A stretch of 63,990 nt of DNA, filler included, from Fonticula-like sp. SCN 57-25 (Eukaryota), in the NCBI GenBank assembly GCA_001724245.1. It is 3 parts of 3 records of this genome, joined end to end, with 100 filler letters (N's around TTAATTAATTAA, not from the genome) between each part and the next. Parts side by side here need not be neighbours in the genome. Positions count along the whole stretch, not along the records: positions 1 to 26,654 come from MEDX01000056.1; 2 more parts are not named here. The stretch is one strand, 5' to 3'. The position numbers and the translations under genes are program-made. The notes beneath the pieces were generated by a model, which was given only the letters and a program-made list of their open reading frames with translations, had not been told where the DNA came from and made no database searches. Of this stretch, positions 13,195-25,080 are shown piece by piece (the stretch's first letter is position 1; each line of letters starts with the position of its first letter).

Positions 13195-14740
13195 TCAGAT
13201 GTGATCCTTGAACGGATCGTGGATGGAAGTTGACTGCGGCCCAAACAGCTCCCACTGCAGCTGCCCATCTTCACTCTCGCCCGTGATGCACACAATATCC
13301 TCAATGCGAACACCGCCGACACCCTCAATATACACGCCGGGCTCGACCGAAAAGCACAGCCCGACTGCCAGCGGGTAGTCGTTGCCCTTGACCATGTACA
13401 CCTCCTCGTGGCCCTGCAGCCCGATCCCGTGGCCGAGACGATGCGTAAAGGTGTCATAGTCGTTCGCGTCGTTGACTTCGCGGCGAGCGGCGGCGTCGAG
13501 GTCGCCGGCGGTGGCGCCTTTGACAATGGCGGCGAGCGCTTTTTCCTGTGCGCGGCGGACCGTGTTCCACATCGCCTCCTGATCCGCGGATGGCATCCCA
13601 GATGCAAGATCGCGGCGAGCGAATTGGGTCGGATCGCGATCCATGATGGAATTCTGATCGCGATCGAGGTCGTGGGGGCGATCGCGGCGGCGATGCTGAT
13701 GCGCATCGCCATCGCTGCGGGCATCCTGCTGATGCTGCTGCTGCTGATCCTGCGAAAAGACGAATGTGCGGGAAATGTCGCTCTGGTAGCCGTAGAGGTC
13801 GCCGCCGGCGTCGATGAGGATCATCATGCCGTCGGTGAGCGTCACGCGGTTGGCCGTGCCGTGGGGGTACGCAGCGTTCGGGCCAAAGAGCACGAGCGCC
13901 CAGCGATCGCTCAGACCGGCCGCGGAAAGAGCGGCGTCAATGTGGGCAAAGGTGTCGTCTTCGGACATGCCGAGCTTGAGGCGCTGCGCGACGGTAGCGA
14001 TGGCGGCCTTGGTGGCGCGATTCGCGCAGCGCATAATGTCCATCTCGGCGGATGATTTCGTGGCGCGGACAAGGCGGAGAAGATCGAGGCCGCTCACGAC
14101 TTCCCGCGAGGCGGCGAGACCAAAGTAGATGAAGCTGCGCGTGTCGGGATCGAGCGCGATCGAGCCGGCAGATCCGAGATGCGCATCAACAAGATCATAG
14201 GGCGACTCGTCCTCCTGCCAGAGGTACAGGACAGCGTCGGGGCCAATAGACTCGCGCGCAGTGCCGTTCTCAAAGGCGGGCGCAATGTAAAAGGGCGTCG
14301 CGTCCGCGGGGACGACGAGAAGGAAGGGGCGCTCGCTCAGCTTCCACGAGGCATCGCCAAAGTAGAGCATCGAAGCACCGGGCTCCATCACGTACGCGGC
14401 ATGGCCAGATGTGGCCACAAGGGAGGAGAGGCGCGAAAGGCGAGAGGCATAGTCGGCCGAAGTGATGGGCGGGATGGAGGAGCAGTAGCCGGAAAGCGAC
14501 GCGTAGTCGGCGGGCGACACGGCCGCATCGGACTTGTTGGTAAGCGACACGTAGGTGAGGCCGGCGGCCAGGCCGACGGAAGCGATGACGAAAAAGGCAA
14601 GAAAAGTCTTTAGAAGAGTCTGAAAGAAAGGATGTAAGCAAAAAAGGGAAAACAAAACATGGAGAGCGTACAACAGACTTGCGCGACGGGCCGTCATTCA
14701 AAAGGAACGGCGTGCCGTCATCGGCATCATCGTCCAGCAT
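13195..14740 (-). CDS. Xaa-Pro dipeptidase/aminopeptidase (M24B) with N-terminal membrane anchor
   Basis: Metal-binding motifs ILIDAG..YQSDISRT, HRLGHGIGLQGHE, FSVEPGVY, GVRIEDIV; creatinase-like N domain; TM near the N-terminus; one intron ~14622-14676. Confidence 0.9.
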
Positions 14741-15727
14741 CGTGTGGGGCACTTTGTGAGGACAAGTTTGTAAATTTTCGATGTGATTTGATTGGTCGAT
14801 AAAGAGGGGTGACGATTGTGATTGGTGGAGTTGAGGATTAAGAGTGGTTAAAGAGGGCAAAGGAAAAGGACGTGTATTCAGACGAAAGTGAGCATATTTT
14901 TATTGAAATATGTCTGGCAATGAGTTGCGCACATGTTGAAGTTGTTGACTTTTGCCGTATGGTTCAATTCAGCGAATTTCAAGTTGTCCTCATTTTTGAA
15001 TCACTTTACCATCGCTGATTCATTGAGAACCCTGCTGCTCATTTGGTTCATTTCAAGTATTGCAAAATCGAAAACAGCTTTAAGTGAACTGGGCAAAATA
15101 CGACCAAGAGGAAAGAAGACACTAATGTGGAAATGAGCGCTTTTTGTTGCCAAAGATGCCTGCATGCGCGACAATACCGCAAAATGTGCTAAATTTCCTT
15201 TTCGAAACACAATTTCCTTTTATGGAAACATTGCCTTATTAAGCAATCGTCGATCTTTGCCGTATGCGACCATCTGATATGCGCTGGCCGTGCACGTCGG
15301 CGCATCTACACAGCATCTATAGTGCCCATAGCCACTGCAGCGCCGCCCAAATGCATATTTAAAAACAACAATATTGCCAATATAGTCCAGTTAAAGACCC
15401 GCTTCCTATGCATTGCGCTCCCCGGCCATTAATTGTAAAGTTGCGTCAGATTCTTATTTCCTCCGTCAAATACACGTGGTCTTGAATCGCTCTACAAAAT
15501 CAAGCTCACTGGTATTAAGATTCGGCACGATCCATTTGGCGCGGGTGCGTACCTCGTCATCCCCATCGGCATCGCGCCCCTTCCCGCACTGTTCTCTTTC
15601 CCTTCTTGTTACTCTCCCTTTCAACTGCTTGCGAGCATCATTTTGGTGCCGCCGCGACACTTTTCGTCTTACTTTTGCCCGATTCCGCCCCGGCCGCCGT
15701 CCGCCCAATTGACGGCCACGTAACCAC

Positions 15728-17139
15728 ATGCAGCGCACACGCCTTTTCGACCTGCCTCTGTCGATTGGGACGCTCCCCCCGACGGCATCGGCGTCGATCC
15801 CGCCCGAGTCAAAGTACTCTCGTGATCCTCTTTTGAAAGGCGACGGCTCTGTTCCCCTTTCCGCGCACGCGCATCCGTCTTATTCGTCTTTGGACGATCG
15901 CCGCCGGTCATCGAGCGCGCTGGTGGACCGTCGTCATCATCAACATCAGCCCTCTGCCATGACGAGCGATGCGCCGTCATCTAGCGCTGGCGTGCGCGTG
16001 GGATCCCGCCGCGTGATCGAGCACACTGTTTTGGCGAGCGACACACTCGAAGGCATCGCGATCACGTACGGCATCCGCCCCGATGTCCTCAAGCGCGTCA
16101 ACAAGCTTTTCAGCGCGTCGAGCCTGCACATGCGCCGCACGCTGCAGATCCCGCTCGAGCACTGCTCAATGACGCCGGCGATACTTCGCCTGCAGCAGGA
16201 GGAAGCCGACAGCAGCGCCGCCGCCGCCGCCTCTTCCTCCAATCCCGACCCGCTCGGCATGTGGGCCGATTCGCGGCGGCGATCGCTGACCGCGCCGTCA
16301 TCGCCCATGTCGCATCGGATCGGGTCCGCCGACGGGTACTTTGCGGGGGCGTCGCCGGGAAAGAGCCCCGCCGTGAGGGATGCGGACGACTACGCGTCGC
16401 TGCTGGCAAAGGTGGACGAGCAGCTGAGCGTGGTCAAGGCGGAGCTGAACGATGCCGAGGCATCACTGTACGCACAAGGGGAAAGTGAATTTGAATTGGG
16501 AAGATAAAGGAATAGGGAACAAATTTATATTGGGAAGAAAGAACAAGGGAAAGTGGAAAGGGAATTCATATTGGGATATAATTCGTATTGGGAACAGTGT
16601 TCATATTGGGTTGTGTGATAGACAGTGTTCATATGGTGATAGTCAAGTATTCATATTGGGATAGACAGTATTCATATTGGAATGCATTCATGTTGCGATA
16701 GACAGTATTCATATTGGGCTGTATTCATATTAGTCAGTATTCATATTGGGATGTATTCATAGTAGTCAGTATTCGTCTTGGGCTGTTTTCATATTGGGCA
16801 GTGTATTGGGCAGTATTCATAATTCACTTTGGGTATCTCACGTGAACACATACTAACCACGTGACCAGCCCTCCCCCTCCCCAACCACGTGGCCACACTG
16901 CCCAAAACGTGTTCGTCGCCGGCCGCCCCTCCTCCCGCAGCGCCACCGTCCTTTCCTTTGACAACCCGCCTACGTCATCAACTACGTCACCGATGACGTC
17001 ATCACTTTACACTGGCGGTCTTTATAGTCAAACTGTGGCCACGGTGGCGCGCGTATATAGCGCTGTTAACCCCGACGCGTGGCGGGAAGCAGAGCTGAGA
17101 AAGAATGACGAGGCGTACGATTCAATGTTTGAACTATGA
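15728..17139 (+). CDS. LysM-domain protein (2 exons)
   Basis: HTVLASDTLEGIAITYGIRPDVLKRVNKL..TLQIP is a LysM motif. Intron 16468-16868 (GTACGC...CTAAC...CAG) joins in frame to the 16869-17139 exon. Confidence 0.85.
16560..16825. repeat. Degenerate tandem repeat (CAGTATTCATATTGGG) within the LysM gene intron
   Basis: About a dozen variants of gtattcatattggg are visible. Confidence 0.8.
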
Positions 17140-17634
17140 TCACGTGATGGTGTCACGTGGATGGTCACGTGGTGGTTGTCACGTGTGTTTTGGGTGGGTC
17201 TTTGGGCCGATAGAGTTTTGGTGTTTTGAAGAGATACACTGTTATAATACACAATTGGACATGAATGACGTACATACGTAGTTGACCCTTTGGTTATGGG
17301 ATGGTCACGTGAGTGACATTATGACATATTTGGCAGAGATATCAAAAGAGTACACAATGGTACACGTGGACGCAAAGTAGTTTAAATTGATATGACACCC
17401 ATATGGCCAATTATTGTACACTTGATAGTGACAACTGATAGTGACAATTTTGATAGTGACAGTGACCAACTGATAGTGACAATTGATAGTGACTTGATGT
17501 CAATCCATATAGTCTTCCACATGATATCAAATGATACTATACTGTCTATACTCCCCTCTACTACCCACTACTATCCATATCATTGTGCCAATGTGAAATG
17601 CATTATACTTTTAAATACCCTTTACACCCCCCCC

Positions 17635-19402
17635 CTACATGACAATACTCGGCTCAGCGATCGACTCGCCAATCGCCTTGTGCGGCAGAATCTTGCCGCC
17701 ATTGATATAGAGCTCGTCCATAATCTGCACGTCTTCGCCCAGCACGCTCACGCCGTCGAGCCGCACCCACCGACCAACCACAGAGCTCCATCCGACAATA
17801 GAGCTCGACACCCACGCGTTGGCGCGAACGACGGCGTTGTCGAAAATGACGCACTTGCTGAGTCGAACGCCGTCTTCGATGACCACGTGGGCGCCGATGA
17901 CGACATTGGGGCCGATCTTGCAGCCGGCGCCGATCCGCGCGGTGGGATCGACAAGGACATTGCCGACAAAGATCGCCGACGGATCGGCATTCGGGAGACT
18001 GCCACTGCGCGCAAGGGCCACGTGGGTAGATGTCACGTGGGCAGATGTGTCCTTTTCGGTAATATTTTCGTCCTTTTGCTCGATATTTCCGTCTTTCCCG
18101 CCATTTTCCACCGTCTTTCCCGCCGCTTTCCCGCCCTTTTCCGTGGCTGTTTCCGCGACATAAGCCAAATAGAGCCCCGTTCCGGTCAAATAGTCCTTTG
18201 GCTGCCCGACGTCCATCCAGAAACCGTCGAGTTCCATGGCAAACAAATTCCCGCTCGCCGCCATGGCGGGAAAAACCTCCTTTTCAATGGACGTCGGCCG
18301 CACCTCGATGCGATCGAGCACGGCGGGGCTGAAAATGTACAGACCCGCGTTGATCTTGTTTGACACAAAAACTTGCGGCTTTTCCACAAAGCGCTCGATG
18401 GCGTCGGTGCCCGCGCGCGTGACGATGACGCCGTACTTGCTCGGCTCGTCGACGCGCGTGACGACGATCGTGCCTTCGCGGCCGTGCGCGGCGTGGAAGG
18501 CGGCCATGGCGGAGAAGGGGTAGGGGCAGATAATGTCGCTGTTGAGAACGAAAAAGGGAGAGTCGTCCTTGGTGAGAATGTCGCGCGCGAGGGCCAAAGG
18601 ACCGGCTGAGAAAGGGGTTAAAAGGGCGGAAAAAGGGTGCAAAATGGAAGAGTTTGCATAGAATAGAAAAGAGGCACGAGTGACATAGGAACATTATGCA
18701 AACTAGAGTGAGTTTGCACATACACATGTGGCACAAGAGACACAGTAGCCACAATAGCCACACAGAGTATGTGCAATCTGGGATGAGATTGCATAAACAG
18801 AGGTGAAACAAGCACAATAGGGCACAGCAAAGTAGCAATGACGCATGCGGCGATGTAAAGCATAACATAACCAAGAATAAAGCACGAAATATGATGCGCG
18901 GCAAGATCGAGCAGTGCATGATACGTGCATGATTCATCAACAGCACCCAAATATATAAACAAGGCATTGCCCATCCCTAACTGCCTCGATCCCGTGCCCG
19001 ATCCTCGTTCCGTGCGGCGTACCGGTACCGAGCGGCTCCGTCTCGACGCTAAAGTGCACCTTTACGTTGTACTCCTTCTCGTACTTTTCTAGCTGCGTCA
19101 TCATGGCCTCGGGGCGGTAGTTAACCGCCAGCACGATGTCGGTCACGCCCGCCTTGGCGAGCGCGGCGATCTGGTGCTCGATCATGGGCTTGTTCGCAAA
19201 AGGGACGAGCGGCTTGGGAAGAGTGAGCGTCAGCGGGCGGAGGCGCGTGCCAAAGCCTGTCGGGCATCGTGGTCAGTGATCGGCATCGGGGCAAAGAGAG
19301 GCGGAGGCCGAGCGACGCAAGAGATCGGGATCGGCAAGGAAAGAGCGGATTGGCAAGGGATGGCGCGAACGGCGTACCGCCGACAAGAATTAACGCCTTC
19401 AT
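17635..19402 (-). CDS. GMPPB: Mannose-1-phosphate guanylyltransferase (GDP-mannose pyrophosphorylase)
   Basis: [53 protein letters not shown], hexapeptide repeats, ILPHK; two introns. Confidence 0.95.
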
Positions 19403-20000
19403 ATTGAGTGCGCGTGTGGGGTTCGCGGGCGTCGAGAGGCAGCGGCAGCAGCAGGCAGGCAGGTACACTCGCGCTGCTCGAAAGAAGGAGATCCGCCGTC
19501 ACTCGTCCGCAAAACGTCACGTTTTTACCCACTTGGCTCCGCCACACTTATAGGTTAAATACCCACAATACTGTCACAGGGGGTAATGTGGGTTGTTTAT
19601 GCTTTTCGGAAACAATCTGAAAATTTGAATTGACCAACGGGAGCCGTTGTGTATCTAGATCCGACCAATCAATGTGCGCCATCTGTTTGTGACGGGCGGT
19701 CTTTTCGCGCAGCACGGACAAAGGCGGACGCGGCATTTCCGGCGCAATGTAAACATCTATCCGAAAAGCGTTGCCAAAGCACAACACAATATGACTATTG
19801 TATAGAAATGTGCCGCAAAGTGTGTCGTTTTACCGCATCGTGATATTTTACATTGTGTGCACCATGGCATCTGCCTATACTGCAATATTGTCCAGTTTGC
19901 ACTATTTTGTACTGCACTCGTACGGCACTCTGTATTCATGTCCAATATCTCGATAGTTCAGTTTGCATTGTATTATTGTATAGCCATAAAAGGAACTTTC

Positions 20001-21368
20001 CTACTCGTGCTCAGCCGCCGCCTTGCCCGACGTCTCCGCGGGCTGGTCGTAGTAGATTGACGACCTGTAGTGCCTGAGGAACGCGATGGCGACGTCGCTG
20101 AGCTGCGTTGGGTGCACACCGACGGCCTCGAGGCCAGCCGCGCCCGGCGTGACGACCTCGTCAATCTCCATGCGGACAATGTCGTCGGGGCAGAGCGGCG
20201 GCGACGGCGGGATAAACTTCATCGCTTTCGTGATCGCCTTGAGCACGTCGGCGGGGTAGTCAATCTCGGTGAGCACCTGGCGCGTCGTCGTGCTGTACAG
20301 CTGCAGAAGGTCAGAGTAGGTGTACGCGCGGGGGCCGACAAACTCGAGGGCCTGGCCGGCGGTGGACACGTTCGTGGCGGCGTTGAAGATGCCGAGGGCG
20401 ACATCGCCGACGTAGACGGGGAGGAGGACCTGGCGGCCTTCATTGATGGTCATGTCGCCGGGGATGAGCACGGAAGAGTGCAGGTCTAAAGGGGGGTTAG
20501 AAAGGAAAGTGGGTAAAATAGGAAAAAGTAGGAAAAAGTGACACAAAAATGACGAAAAGTGATACGAAAAGACACCGACAACCGCCAAATCAACCAAAAA
20601 TGCCCCCAAACTCCCAAAAATAAAATGCGTACATGCGATGCGGTGCAAGAGGCGATCCTCGTGACCGTACATGCGGGCGGGCCTGATGATGGTGGCCTCG
20701 GGGAATGCAGCCATGGTAGCCTGCTCTCCGAGCGCCTTTGTGGCGAGGAAGCGCGAGGGCGAGTCGGTGGCGGCTCCGAGGGCGGACACGTGCAGGTAGC
20801 GGGTGACGCCCGCGGCCTTGCTCGCCTTGGCGATCGTCTCGGCGGCGTCAATGTGAACCTCCTCGTAGGAAAAGTTGGCCGTCTCGTAGTCGCGGCCAAT
20901 CATGTTGATGACAACGTCGGACTGCTCAACGAGGCGCGAAATGCGCTCGGGGTCGCGCGTGGAGAAGAAGGCGGACACGATCCGGCCAGCATCGCCCATG
21001 ACCTTGAGGTGGCGCGTGTCGTACTCGTCGCCGCGGAACGGGACAATCACCTGCGAGCCGACGCGGCCAAAGCGGTTCACAACATAGCGACCGAGAAAGC
21101 CGCTGTTGCCAAACACAGTCACGGTGAGGCCGTTGACCGACGCGCGGCCAGCAGTCCCGCTGCGAAGCTTGGTGTCAAGCTTGTTCTGGGCGCGATCCGA
21201 CGCGGACAGCGTGGTGGGAGCGCCGCCAGCAACAGCAAGCGAACGGACGCCGCTAAAACGGGCGGCTAAAAGACATAAAAGAGGAAAAAAATAAAACAAT
21301 GAGCAAACGCGCAAGGAAATGAAATCGCCAAGAGGCGTACCCGGCGCCGCACGCATCGCGGCCAACAT
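20001..21368 (-). CDS. NDUFA9: NADH dehydrogenase (ubiquinone) 39-kDa subunit
   Basis: GRASVNGLTVTVFGNSGFLGRYVVNRFGRVGSQVIVPFRGDEYD, VINMIGRDYETANF, IIRPARMYGHEDR; introns ~21266-21338 and ~20486-20631. Confidence 0.95.
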   Translation of the reverse strand: MLAAMRAAPGTPLGDFISLRVCSLFYFFPLLCLLAARFSGVRSLAVAGGAPTTLSASDRAQNKLDTKLRSGTAGRASVNGLTVTVFGNSGFLGRYVVNRFGRVGSQVIVPFRGDEYDTRHLKVMGDAGRIVSAFFSTRDPERISRLVEQSDVVINMIGRDYETANFSYEEVHIDAAETIAKASKAAGVTRYLHVSALGAATDSPSRFLATKALGEQATMAAFPEATIIRPARMYGHEDRLLHRIACTHFIFGSLGAFLVDLAVVGVFSYHFSSFLCHFFLLFPILPTFLSNPPLDLHSSVLIPGDMTINEGRQVLLPVYVGDVALGIFNAATNVSTAGQALEFVGPRAYTYSDLLQLYSTTTRQVLTEIDYPADVLKAITKAMKFIPPSPPLCPDDIVRMEIDEVVTPGAAGLEAVGVHPTQLSDVAIAFLRHYRSSIYYDQPAETSGKAAAEHE

Positions 21369-21534
21369 CGCAGGCAGAGAGAGAGGAAAAACCACCGAAA
21401 CCTGTCAAATTTGCAAATTTGTAGCAACCAATCAGATCATCGGAATCACATTTCATTTGGCCACGCGGCACTGCTGCAGTGTTTGACCTACCCTACCTCC
21501 CCCCCCCATTCGTCTCGGAAGCCGGCGAATAACC

Positions 21535-23604
21535 ATGACTGACGCGGGCGCCTCCCTTCGCGCCAAGAGCTCTGACCTTGACTGGAAGTGCGTGAACACC
21601 ATCCGCCTTCTCGGCGCGGATATGGTGCAGGCGGCCAACAGCGGTCATCCCGGCGCGCCCATGGGCATGGCGCCGATGGCGCATGTGCTGTTCTCGCGCT
21701 TCTACGAGGGCAACCCGAAGAACCCCAAGTTTGCCGCTCGCGACCGCTTTGTGCTCTCGAACGGCCACGCTTGCGCTCTGCAGTACTCGATGCTCCACCT
21801 CCTCGGCTATGATCTCTCGCTTGATGACCTCAAGGCCTTCCGCAAGCTCGACAGCCGCACGCCCGGCCACCCCGAGAACTTCCAGACTCCCGGTATCGAG
21901 GTGACGACCGGCCCGCTCGGCCAGGGCTTTGCCAACGCTGTCGGTCTCGCCATTGCCGAGAGCCACCTCGCGGCGCGCTTCAACCGCGATGGCTTCAAGC
22001 TCTTTGACAACTACACGTACGTCTTTGTCGGCGACGGCTGCCTCCAGGAGGGTGTCTGCGCCGAGGCCGCTTCGCTCGCGGGCCACCTCGGCCTCGGCAA
22101 GCTCATCGTCCTCTACGACGCCAACAACATCCAGATCGACGGCTCGACCGACCTCGCCTTCACCGAGAACGTCCTCGACCGCTTCAAGTCGTACGGCTGG
22201 CACACGGATGTCGTCGCCGATGGCGACAATGACCTCGTCGATCTCGAGCGCGCGATCGCCGCTGCGCGCCTCGTGACGGACGCCCCCTCGATCATCCGCG
22301 TGACGACCACGATCGGCTATGGCAGCAAGTCGGCCGCCACCGAGAAGGTCCACGGCGCCCCCCTCGGCGCTGCCGACCTCGCCCACGCCAAGACTGCGCT
22401 CGGCTTTGCCCCCGACGCCTCGTTTGTTGTCCCCGACGCCGTCCGCGAGCACTATGCGGCGTTTGCGACGCGCGGCGCCGCCAAGGAGGCCGCCTTTGAC
22501 GCCCTCGTCGCCTCGTACCGCGCGGCTCACCCCGAGCTCGCCGCCGAGCTTGAGCGCCGCCTGTCGGGCGCGCTCCCCGCCGACTGGAAGTCGGTTCTGC
22601 CCCGCTACGCCGCCGGCGACGCGCCCGCCGCGACGCGCAAGTTTTCGCAGAAGGTGCTCAACAAGCTCGCCGAGGCGATCCCCGAGCTTGTCGGCGGCAG
22701 CGCCGACCTTACGCACTCGAACCTGACGTGGCTCGACTGCTCGCACGACTACCAGAAGGCGACGCCGACCGGGCGGTACCTCCGCTTTGGTGTGCGCGAG
22801 CACGCCATGGCGGCCATCTGCAACGGCCTCGCCGCGTACGGCGTCGGCTTTGTGCCGTTCTGCTCGACCTTTTTGACGTTTATCGGCTACGCGCAGGGCG
22901 CGTACCGCCTTAGCGCGCTGTCGCACCACGGCGTGCTGTACATCATGACGCACGACTCGATTGGTCTCGGCGAGGACGGCCCGACGCACCAGCCGATTGA
23001 GGCGCTCGCTTCGCTGCGCGCGACGCCCAACGTGTTTGTTGTTCGCCCGGCCGACGGCAATGAGACGTCGGGCGCCTACGCGGTCGCCATCGAGGCGCGC
23101 TCGACGCCGACGGTGCTGTCGCTCACGCGCCAGAACCTGCCCAACCTTGAGGGCTCGTCGGTGGAGAAGGTGGCGCTCGGCGGTTACGTCCTCCAGGAGG
23201 CGCAGGGCGGCGCTCAGGCCGCCAAGGTGATTTTCGTCGCGACGGGGTCCGAGGTCGCGCTCGCCGTCGACGCGGCCAAGATTCTCGCCGCCGAGGGCGT
23301 CGCCGCGCGCGTCGTTTCGATGCCGTGCACGCAGCTCTTTGATGCGCAGAGCGCCGAGTACCGCCGCTCCGTGCTCCTCGATGGCGTCCCGACGATCAGC
23401 GTCGAGGCCGGCATCGCGCTCGGGTGGGCTTCATACGCCCATGCCCACATTGCCATGCCGTCGTTTGGCGCGTCGGGGCCCGCCTCCGACATCTTTAAAA
23501 AGTTTGGGTTCACCCCGGCCGCCGTTGCTGACAGCGCGCGCAAGGTGATCGCCGCGTACAAGGACGAGAAGCCGCACAGGATCGTTCGCGAGATCGCCTT
23601 GTAA
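21535..23604 (+). CDS. TKL1: Transketolase (intronless)
   Basis: ANSGHPGAPMG, RDRFVLSNGH, TTGPLGQG, GDGCLQEG, FGVREHAM, THDSIGLGEDGPTHQP. Confidence 0.97.
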   Translation: MTDAGASLRAKSSDLDWKCVNTIRLLGADMVQAANSGHPGAPMGMAPMAHVLFSRFYEGNPKNPKFAARDRFVLSNGHACALQYSMLHLLGYDLSLDDLKAFRKLDSRTPGHPENFQTPGIEVTTGPLGQGFANAVGLAIAESHLAARFNRDGFKLFDNYTYVFVGDGCLQEGVCAEAASLAGHLGLGKLIVLYDANNIQIDGSTDLAFTENVLDRFKSYGWHTDVVADGDNDLVDLERAIAAARLVTDAPSIIRVTTTIGYGSKSAATEKVHGAPLGAADLAHAKTALGFAPDASFVVPDAVREHYAAFATRGAAKEAAFDALVASYRAAHPELAAELERRLSGALPADWKSVLPRYAAGDAPAATRKFSQKVLNKLAEAIPELVGGSADLTHSNLTWLDCSHDYQKATPTGRYLRFGVREHAMAAICNGLAAYGVGFVPFCSTFLTFIGYAQGAYRLSALSHHGVLYIMTHDSIGLGEDGPTHQPIEALASLRATPNVFVVRPADGNETSGAYAVAIEARSTPTVLSLTRQNLPNLEGSSVEKVALGGYVLQEAQGGAQAAKVIFVATGSEVALAVDAAKILAAEGVAARVVSMPCTQLFDAQSAEYRRSVLLDGVPTISVEAGIALGWASYAHAHIAMPSFGASGPASDIFKKFGFTPAAVADSARKVIAAYKDEKPHRIVREIAL

Positions 23605-23718
23605 TACTCCTCGATCGAGGGCGGCTTTTAGATATTGAATGAATAAAAGTGTCTTTAGTTTTTAAATAGTGCACGGTGTGTCAAATGGGGGCTTATATTA
23701 ATAATCAATTAGAATAGT

Positions 23719-24216
23719 TTAGGTGTCACACAAGCCTAGCCTGTTATACAAACTGTTGACGAGAGTTTCAAAAGGGTTTCTTTGGTCGTCTGGCAACAAG
23801 GCCACGAGCGCGCGGGCATCCTCGACGGCTGGCAATGAAGCATGCACACTGTCGCCATCGAAAGAGTGGGAAAGGCTTGCCCATTCGGCAGAAGTAAGAC
23901 CGAATAACTGTTTAACAGCAGCGTCGAGTGATGGCTGGTTCTGACGGACTTTTTTCCACAGAGTGCCATAGTTGCGCGAATCGACTTGTTGGCTCGTCAC
24001 CACCTTGATGACCTCGCAGCGTCCCTCAAAGATGATTGTCCCAAGCTGCAAAAGTGCATCCTTGCGCTCAAGTGCGTCAAGGCGGTCCTTGACGCCCTTC
24101 AGCTCTGTCGCCATGGCCTTGATATCTACGAAAGGGTCAGCATCGAGCGGCCAGGGTGATAAAGTGCGAGCGAACGTTGGTCCATCTTGACCTTTGCTTC
24201 GCTCCGAATGCTGCAC
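23719..24216 (-). CDS. Hypothetical protein (short coiled coil followed by a helical domain)
   Basis: Open 165-aa frame with protein-like composition; no recognisable family; start uncertain. Confidence 0.4.
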   Translation of the reverse strand: MQHSERSKGQDGPTFARTLSPWPLDADPFVDIKAMATELKGVKDRLDALERKDALLQLGTIIFEGRCEVIKVVTSQQVDSRNYGTLWKKVRQNQPSLDAAVKQLFGLTSAEWASLSHSFDGDSVHASLPAVEDARALVALLPDDQRNPFETLVNSLYNRLGLCDT

Positions 24217-25080
24217 GGGGATCGCAATCCTTGGTTCTCAAAAATCTGCTCAGCAAGTTTAAAGCCAAGAGCAGTAGTGTAAAAGCACTTGTGTCCTTCA
24301 CGGCGGCAAGGACAGCACGGGCTCGCCGTGACAGGTTGCTGACATGCTGACCGGCAAGCTGATAAGCAACAGACAACAGACGGTTTTAAACCGACTATCA
24401 CTTGGTTTCAAACAGACCACGATCTGGCGGGCGGCCGCGCCTCAGGCGCATGGGACATTCCTGGGACATTCAACGCATCATTATGGGACCGCCAAGCGTA
24501 GAAGAGCCTTTACGATGGTTGTACTTTTCTTGTTTTGATCTCGAGTAATGGTTTACTACGAGTTGATTTGCTGCATCTTTTCTCAGCTTCAAAAGTTTGT
24601 ATTCCACAGTGATCTGCACGGCGCACGCCAGCACGCCACAGTTGGCCTGCGAACGAACGGCACTGTGTACTATGAGATGCGATAGCTAAAGGTAAATGCA
24701 CCAAAGGGAGGAAAGCAAGAGCTTACGAAATCCGACAATCATTGTCGAGCGACTCGTACCGATGCTTTGCGTGAGAGTCACTCCCGGAAACGCTCTTTTC
24801 GTTCCCACCATTTCCTCCCACCATTTTACTCTAATTGTGTACCAGGTAAAAACTCGGCAAATGAGCCGTTCATTTATGGGCTATGCTTCTGCAAATTGCT
24901 GCAGGGTTTTGCTTTCCGTGGTGCTTTGGGGAGGACCTTCCTAAAACGAAAGGCCCGCTTTCATTGGTCACCGAGCACGTAATCCACGAATGAGCAACCG
25001 AGGCACGCGCATTTTAAACCAATGAGCAGGAACGTTCTTTTCGATTGCCGAACGCGCAGAAAGAAGGAAAGGTCTTACCC

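Noticed and set aside
20486-20631. Apparent hydrophobic insertion in NDUFA9
   Set aside because: It has a GTACGC donor, CTAAC branch point and TAG acceptor, so it is a stop-free intron.
21493-22989. 498-aa antisense ORF over transketolase, and similar long shadow ORFs elsewhere
   Set aside because: This is the expected artefact of high GC3 codon bias; no independent motifs.
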